DNA from: a virus | Taxonomy: Duplodnaviria; Caudoviricetes | Direction: 5' to 3' (one strand) | Virus record (IMG/VR): IMGVR_UViG_3300021079_000008 | Coordinates: 1-53,398 of that record | DNA length: 53,398 bases | The notes under the pieces: generated by a model | What the model was told of the DNA's origin: nothing | The model's database searches: none | Seen by the model: only the letters and a program-made list of their open reading frames with translations | Program-made: the position numbers and the translations under genes | Part shown: positions 51,101 through 53,398 of the stretch, piece after piece | Numbering within the stretch: the first letter of the stretch is position 1 | Layout of the letters: each line of letters opens with the position of its first letter

Positions 51101-53057
51101 AAATTCATTTCTTGGTAAACTTGCTAATAAGATTGGATATACTAGGAATGCTCTGGCTACAATACTTATGTCTGATCAGTCTGAAATAAGAAATGTATTA
51201 GAAGATATTCTTAGAGAGTATGTTGACATGCCTGATAGAGAGTTCGTTAGTGTATCTCAAAAGGTGGTTAGTGACTTCTTTGATTGGGCAGTTCAATTAG
51301 ATGGTAATAGAAATACATTCATAAAGAAACTATTAATAGATGATGGTAATGGTTCTGAACAAATCTCTAATTTTAAGAAAGAGATAGCTAAAGATCCTTC
51401 TCATCCTCTGTATAATAATTATGTTATAGGAAAGAACGGACTTCTTTCACCAGAAATATCTGATAAAGAGGGTGGTGTGAATAACCTTAACATGTTAAAT
51501 AAAGGAAATAAAGTATATGACCAAAATCAAATCATATACTCTTTCAGAGAAATTAGAGATTATCTAAAGGAAACTGGACAAGAGAAACTCTATAAAACTC
51601 TAGTTGGTACATCCGTTCTTCAGTCAGGTCTATCTACCTCTCGTATTTCATTTACTCAACTTCTTCCATATGAAGATTTTAAGAGTGTATATAATGATAC
51701 ATTATCAAATATTAAAAATCTATCAAATATAAACATTATGGATTTCAAGAACTTAAATGTTTTTGAAAGAAATAATTGGGCAGATAGTGATATTGTTCCA
51801 AGAGATCAAGCTCCTCCAGCTAAACTGGGTGCTATGGGACAACTTGTATATAATACAAGAATGAATTGGTTTGGAAATAAAATAAATAAGAAAGTGAGTG
51901 AGGCTATAAATAAAGGAAAGCTTCCTCCATTATTAAAAGTGGGACAATTTACAAATATAGGAAGAGGTAACTTTGTTGTATATTCGTGGGAGAATATGAG
52001 ACTTAGTAGAAAAGAGAAGACTGAAATGAAGAAGATTGGAGACTATTCATATATAAATAAAGGTTTATTTAAAAAGGTATATTATCCTGATGGAAGTCCT
52101 GTAACAACATCTTATACAGATAAAAAGACAGGTGACATTATTACATCCTATGTATATAAGATGATTAATGCCTGGGGAGATAGTTTAAAAGCTAATGAGT
52201 TTTATAATGTTCCTAAAGCTTCTGTAATTGATAATGGATTTACAAAGGTGGAAGATTCTATAACATATATAGATCATGGGCAACCTTTCGGTATCATGGA
52301 AATAAAGAACTCTCCAGAACGTAGTGATGAAATAGTGGCATCTTATTTCTCAACAGATGACACATATGATTTTGCACCTAAGGAACTACTAGAAGACTAC
52401 AGTCAGAAAACAGGACAAGCGATGGGAACAGAAACACAACCTACTCAACCATCTATTAGTGTTAAACCAGGAGTACAAGAACTATTTGATTCTAATCCTG
52501 AGTTAGCTAATCAAGTATATGAATCTTTAGGGTTTAATTTATCAAATATTAATGTTGAATTTAATAAACAAAAAAATCGTATAAGTGTTATTTTAAAAAA
52601 CGATAAAAATGAAGCTAAAATTGATATTGATGTTGAAGGAAATTATGCGCATGTTACAAATACTAATGTTTTAAAAGCGCAAGAAGGATTTGGAACATTG
52701 TCTTATATTAAATTAGCAAACGAACTTAAAAAACAAGGATTAACTCTTACATCTGATATAAATGGTCTTGATTTACTAGAAAGCGGTAAAACTCTTTGGG
52801 AATCATTAGTTAGAAAAAAATTAGCAACTTATAGTACTTCTTTAGGAAGATATATATTTACAGGACAACAAGCTCTACAACAATACTCTCAATACTTAGA
52901 ATCATTAAATAAACCTAATACTAACACTGAATCTTTGAAAACTCAAATAACTGAACTTGAACAGAAGAAGAAAACAAAAGGAATTAGTCCTTCTGAAATG
53001 GCTACTCTTAATCAATTGCAAACTGAATTAGGTAAAATTATAAAATCACAATGTTAA
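39165..53057 (+). CDS. Giant virion-packaged DNA-dependent RNA polymerase polyprotein (crAss-type, double-psi beta-barrel)
   Basis: 4630 aa; AFRIPTQ (RIP at 49152) and GGDFDIDK (DFDID 49269-49283); ETDGSG, KKP and DKFA..P motifs upstream; zincin-like and GNAT-like accessory regions. Confidence 0.92.
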   Translation: MPLPDVNILKSANDDFLQSNPARFFPENLVSTSSSGLDGGEPTPKSSFLSLTPNEGDGKIYANTPNYYQPKDVPNRYKRFVFGIDNESVQADIQSGWDRVGNAAANFGEKIGAYLVQTAGFIGGAIPAAIGGIVNYSDKALGGKGEVVNKGNAVSLMTDNLLTNLGESIKENVQETNPIYKSAKYTQGSIWQKLGTTSWWLDDAVDRAALTVSMIIPGIAEARGVGLFGSIAEEAGTIRATGLLSKGIQELADNPELYGKIGKALGNQIYKTAVDGTVDIGSNSALANRALAFKNTIQKAQAIELYSWNVIGQSALNGKEAQTSIRRALYDQREQGLISMSDDEIEKKAAEGAAKGFWYTAPLALVGSLIELPQIFSTAKMGQSALKKFFNPNTLEVLENAAKTVKPSFYKIVRNTLFTGLEHGQNESAQVAIGRYLEESIAGTVKGGRIIKDEQNPFIAITKNWVDNVNDPNGQNNIALGTIQGMLMTLLGHGGRVLKGTYAKEDAQNKRYIETINNALTERRYWSTPDNFMEKDDSGKIKLHPNGSPVFNENKLVSMGMSLVGMTNAWNKRTEAVKNNDQKAIEELQYSSLAALSKNFFDDPNGMEYLTNLLRFETKNQKSNINRVNDVVNGIEYTPDRQLEENLQSIEKLKKAHDAIENRHAGFTSIEIDNADKNEVNLKAGFIENHKQAQYSIAAKQLFLNNRIEKNNIELGSLGISEFTENPTTPQEERANDIIKENEDNVKELDEAKDTYKFLTDKTQFKSRFNTLRDEYRKTKQRIETAKDSAAQKAVMTPEELQDANTIKVTTKKGEQNVVIGEEYYLGKVIEHDVHGNEVYRFPKLTILGENPDGTIQIKGSDGIERAITKDVLLDYKLGKVADVAKNENASFYMRNMNNIVWWNTGKSKLGKVPGRLVYDSVKDKLSFVYVQKGKVREVEIGLDSFEPKQGYDEGVFTLGGTLTKEDKIDIEKRKSSGKTIQDQSNRRTTRLKMLNDLFNETSDRLTTTKTLLQQKYSEFEKVVNDLLTLETKIKKGELSGRNNFKSTTNKAIKAANRLSRMQEQLRLEIQELEAEQDTLDNAQAYIADMAQNIDELPTDSREFLNELKDQQNLLESLHLETGIQINSLSKIIDSTDAALDSAINMVRELISKFEKAYPKSPTAIIGQTWVDFLQANPNFLKLKPNFKADLAIVEDILAQIEDLDIIPGERTVKELREQLEGLQNQLKDIEEELAAKQLILDKFEGIVKLWEKSKEEETKISKNEELIKAVLGTLNQTVQNKVFEKPFQADSKKSNEVVTKATIFPTERSENGETPAEHHLRANRFGARFPKLKNRSSIRGVIVTSTNEAKLIPGLTEFLKQGKTGVDVATTITLVMVEKDTEGNIHLVDENGERITDVKDALNKGIFQVFPLDIKDMFREGTEKYVVDGLSKQYEDWRKEQLAEPEAIDYNIAASFGIPETVKKLDEQGNPLKEEDYTAQTPITETGLISESDLKTDTRVYIPTLEGTTTQGTTSFKNSLGAVFLRTANGDVPLNNRKHTSKEASAIYDAIYRLSTNIIADGNIKSEESQRLLQFLRSVVFWGSPKDGKNSGYNSVWFDKIAEDGKFKLFMSGKNTIVSEFTPTELENNKGNILALLQEMYSNTNSKLTESDWKKLYEQIISISKDGKIEKKTWENYQTYLLSNKDANGKTARKASDIPLTTRIRPLKNAEDVNKKGVYFIINDEANDSKFVHPEVPKSIVITPGAPKANTTVEKEVAKPTTIMTPTQNFVLDGTTENTITLADGNTISFKYDDKQVIEPEGLPTVSLTISPGANKALVDKKKAQGIDITEDDVKSAYYAYIISKINAFKESIKTPTPEVIIETPMEDKPVEAPKSANDVSASIKSKIEERKKNVKKDVDLREFVDNLVGQFEKENWTKVEAFIKATFPNIPIYRVKNMLQGVNGLQAWGMLKDGAIYIYENAEVGTAYHEIFEAVWKLAAPASEQTAVLNEFKNRKGSFIERTTGKSVNYSDATPSQIKEQLAEEFRDFVHEGKIPPKPIDSRPYIVKLFSDLVNMIKSLFIGKAGSKTERLFKDISKGRYKTYVPTESTLSYANKGIIDINNAYITESADLRERVFPGLTNENIHDMMQQMTFVTLNYVMEDNENLFNIQNINKEVLYERLKENLEDRIVQQIVAAEDAIKEGKDAQHIIDNSEMLFQNIENNWKDLRDKHEEYLKTYSIEFDENDELALTDENKGLNDVYGDADKIDHFRKANSAIKLLLATLPKVDNKGTRLLSSIGGVKLIPMSEAYMAVLNNIHDAVNEDVMIERVRQMAIGDKNYERLYTRLTKSPSKTSSIDWDGFNKYDLKLLMAFCKTFDKQNPDVKLLNILANGDVQVMDSNLSSAARQVKYGFVNDIRTVIRDVKNPYFKYDKTKEYIKKLKNGKDPFDNIILNDIPSRIAFLKSLGIVFSQDEVTRMSLYDVEAFRRFNTATSGILSSMKATDKIATISGQVLSIDGRLLTLGEIRAKIDNPEFSSTYYGVKGERIQTYLGTNPSSDLFKTLTSLKNINELTTNPRYSQYSYLATDSFAKNSIILKSIFESETGDRISQTQNLMKASFADGMINQKNGKRRVSAKETYKERIIQEINMNLEGYHYNLVPGDASLEWMTYMGIHITEASLLSGWEAVHDVFKGYLIDEINLSRENRSIVTPKNTKRDTKDLRFLKSILEDKSSNKPNELHDSIIKNLKDSPEKIYEDNKSKIDNAVEKFIKKETESFKNTLFEYKVISKSLEGDDYTTTNLKFNNSDTISKEDIDRNLNALSTNYIINNIELHKLLYSDPYQYSDELKRIKNFLSPRQNMIYGSTKLNAAINRIWNDGIAEDDIAYTDMNRTYFRTAVMEDVLGEQDLPGYQKALYEETDGSGIIMFKSYRNFRIRTSDWNDAEESQYRYDMAWEKRFKNIPLTESDINILEKGNPSIKSAYTAKKPIVAGNKMNGKLYNDVMLDKFAIYPLSLRILHEVAKKDDKGKVIETNIMRLHNKMQKENIDYVIFQSGRKVGAEKTNALYNHEDGSFNSNSFEGITNVPFAIMSVQSEVPSKESSLVSRGTQMTKEITMDFMEAGVPIDFIDSKDSDEFSSERYDEWYKLNDEEKAKRSPLYKEIINNQNLLEEMIEVGYQNLLKKLGIKDLNGKFEITDYSQVTKTLRKEILKREINDNIGKALSGYEKGDVVFEATPAYQQIRNILYSLADKNIISQKITGGMFVQIPSTLFEANRIKPTLVETEDGPKNVYTSDILNFYIDEDGKRTCEIMIARWFDSNKTDEELLHYFNNTEEGKKQLEALTTVAFRIPTQKQNSIESIKIKKFLPREFGDNVIVPAAIVKKTGGDFDIDKLTTYLKNLYVGRDGYPRLIKFLTDENSTPEERYVHWVRENSNRDTRNYIKFLSRDAVQNLKSNFEIEAAKIKAKYQAIKKDNSQDLFDDMQSDIYEQKQVQLAAQDSYMEELFDMGKRVFWRMTDTTRESFWSVKRDIRQKGIKGPEEIRRYLSLATGMIQDSTTVEQDIVKLEGLQKIYKEELKVMGIMEETINKIVKDAVAAFRENKKVLDYALKIDKSPEFEGLGDIYQDAKSQQSFEGAEEIANMDGLAEFNEFKTFSKYKQNVEKSLQNAYIESSFNLVSSKENFEQLTKPNSADQMKKLAKEITKLRGLEAFDYTSVGNMLNRNFMNRLRNAFVSGRYAIGIAAIAQTNHSLNQRQPIYFDFSKIDSLNIEDAKWLSVGNRQINFIKEDGSPAYNTILIDGKRVPTLSMIKTINGQHISDIVAQFIDGYVDISKGPWIMELGATPNVAGTFLVLAKLGVPIDTISYFMNQPIIRDYLHSIESSGYSYLFMDSFVKDIKSSDKYKDGAKQLDKINSIPNNTELRNSIKSKKLTPEQQAEQHFMLDEFLKYAKMGEQLLTVTQGTNFDTANLNDPYLVFKKMVLLMKAQQTIISSPDDILENSFLGKLANKIGYTRNALATILMSDQSEIRNVLEDILREYVDMPDREFVSVSQKVVSDFFDWAVQLDGNRNTFIKKLLIDDGNGSEQISNFKKEIAKDPSHPLYNNYVIGKNGLLSPEISDKEGGVNNLNMLNKGNKVYDQNQIIYSFREIRDYLKETGQEKLYKTLVGTSVLQSGLSTSRISFTQLLPYEDFKSVYNDTLSNIKNLSNINIMDFKNLNVFERNNWADSDIVPRDQAPPAKLGAMGQLVYNTRMNWFGNKINKKVSEAINKGKLPPLLKVGQFTNIGRGNFVVYSWENMRLSRKEKTEMKKIGDYSYINKGLFKKVYYPDGSPVTTSYTDKKTGDIITSYVYKMINAWGDSLKANEFYNVPKASVIDNGFTKVEDSITYIDHGQPFGIMEIKNSPERSDEIVASYFSTDDTYDFAPKELLEDYSQKTGQAMGTETQPTQPSISVKPGVQELFDSNPELANQVYESLGFNLSNINVEFNKQKNRISVILKNDKNEAKIDIDVEGNYAHVTNTNVLKAQEGFGTLSYIKLANELKKQGLTLTSDINGLDLLESGKTLWESLVRKKLATYSTSLGRYIFTGQQALQQYSQYLESLNKPNTNTESLKTQITELEQKKKTKGISPSEMATLNQLQTELGKIIKSQC

Positions 53058-53058
53058 T

Positions 53059-53398
53059 ATGGCATGTCCTAATATAAACTTAGAAAGTTGGAAAGAATTA
53101 GAAGCTTCTGTAGGAATAGACAGAGCCTACTATCTATGGGATAAATACGATGGTAATGTTCCTCAAGAGGAATATGATCAAGATGTTTCTTTCCAAACAG
53201 AAGAAATGCCTGCATCTAAAGCTTCTCCTGAAACAGTGAATAAGGTGAAACAGATCCTTGAGAAAATGGGAGTTGATATTAAAGATCTTACTACATATGC
53301 CAGAGAAACAGGTCTTGATACAAAGGGTGTGAATGGTCTTGCAGATCTTACACAAAAAATTATTGCTCTAGCTGAAGGTAAGGAAGATGTGGCTATTA
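53059..53398 (+). CDS. Partial: N-terminus of the next (probably large cargo) protein, MACPNINLESWKELEASVG...
   Basis: ATG 1 nt after the RNAP stop; frame open to the window edge; the track's 53134..53355 minus ORF is its shadow. Confidence 0.85.
   Translation, partial: MACPNINLESWKELEASVGIDRAYYLWDKYDGNVPQEEYDQDVSFQTEEMPASKASPETVNKVKQILEKMGVDIKDLTTYARETGLDTKGVNGLADLTQKIIALAEGKEDVAI

Larger units (their letters stand above)
1..53398. mobile_element. Segment of a crAss-like (Crassvirales-type) bacteriophage genome: packaging, capsid, tail, cargo and virion-RNAP modules
   Basis: Gene order terminase-portal-scaffold-MCP-ring/tail-IHF-Ttub-Tstab-giant RNAP with DFDID motif; dense co-oriented genes; A-rich leaders without Shine-Dalgarno; Bacteroidota-type promoters; no integrase or host housekeeping genes in the window. 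Confidence 0.93.

Noticed and set aside
2245-53355. Numerous minus-strand ORFs in the track (e.g. 9619..10077, 26934..27251, 39315..39740, 53134..53355) and small plus-strand alternates (32838, 47815)
   Set aside because: They lie within long plus-strand genes and have shadow composition (poly-Val opposite poly-Thr, Ser/Phe/Leu-rich), with no leaders
2075-53398. Stop-codon reassignment (TAG or TGA), common in some crAss-like phages
   Set aside because: All genes, including the 13.9-kb RNAP, are intact in the standard code, and TGA is used as a real stop with ATGA overlaps. TAG stops are rare but nothing requires recoding.

Overview
This window is about half of a crAss-like phage genome (Crassvirales-type podovirus) with a probable Bacteroidota host, using the standard genetic code. 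Positions 1-1651 hold small minus-strand ORFs, followed by a structured non-coding strand switch at 1652-2074. From 2075 everything is on the plus strand. The order is: small DNA-binding genes (wHTH, IHF/HU-like, Zn-finger), large terminase, portal, an SPFH protein, putative scaffold, major capsid protein, ring/auxiliary-capsid/tail-hub proteins, Cys- and poly-Thr-rich fibres, a metallophosphoesterase, a second IHF-like protein, a tail tubular protein and a split tail-stabilisation (muzzle) gene. Three large cargo/ejection proteins, a 4630-aa virion RNA polymerase polyprotein (DFDID motif) and the start of another gene follow. Many structural assignments rest on gene order recalled from crAss001/crAssphage rather than on database searches. 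The strongest candidate for an undescribed system is the pair of cargo proteins built from enzyme cassettes separated by about 26 copies of a short [AFYLMS]-x-x-G(G) motif. Other notable items are a ~45-aa Cys module repeated across virion proteins, a structured RNA after the capsid gene, a shared operator-like motif, and clustered IHF sites at the strand switch. No tRNA, rRNA, CRISPR array, intron or intein was recognised.
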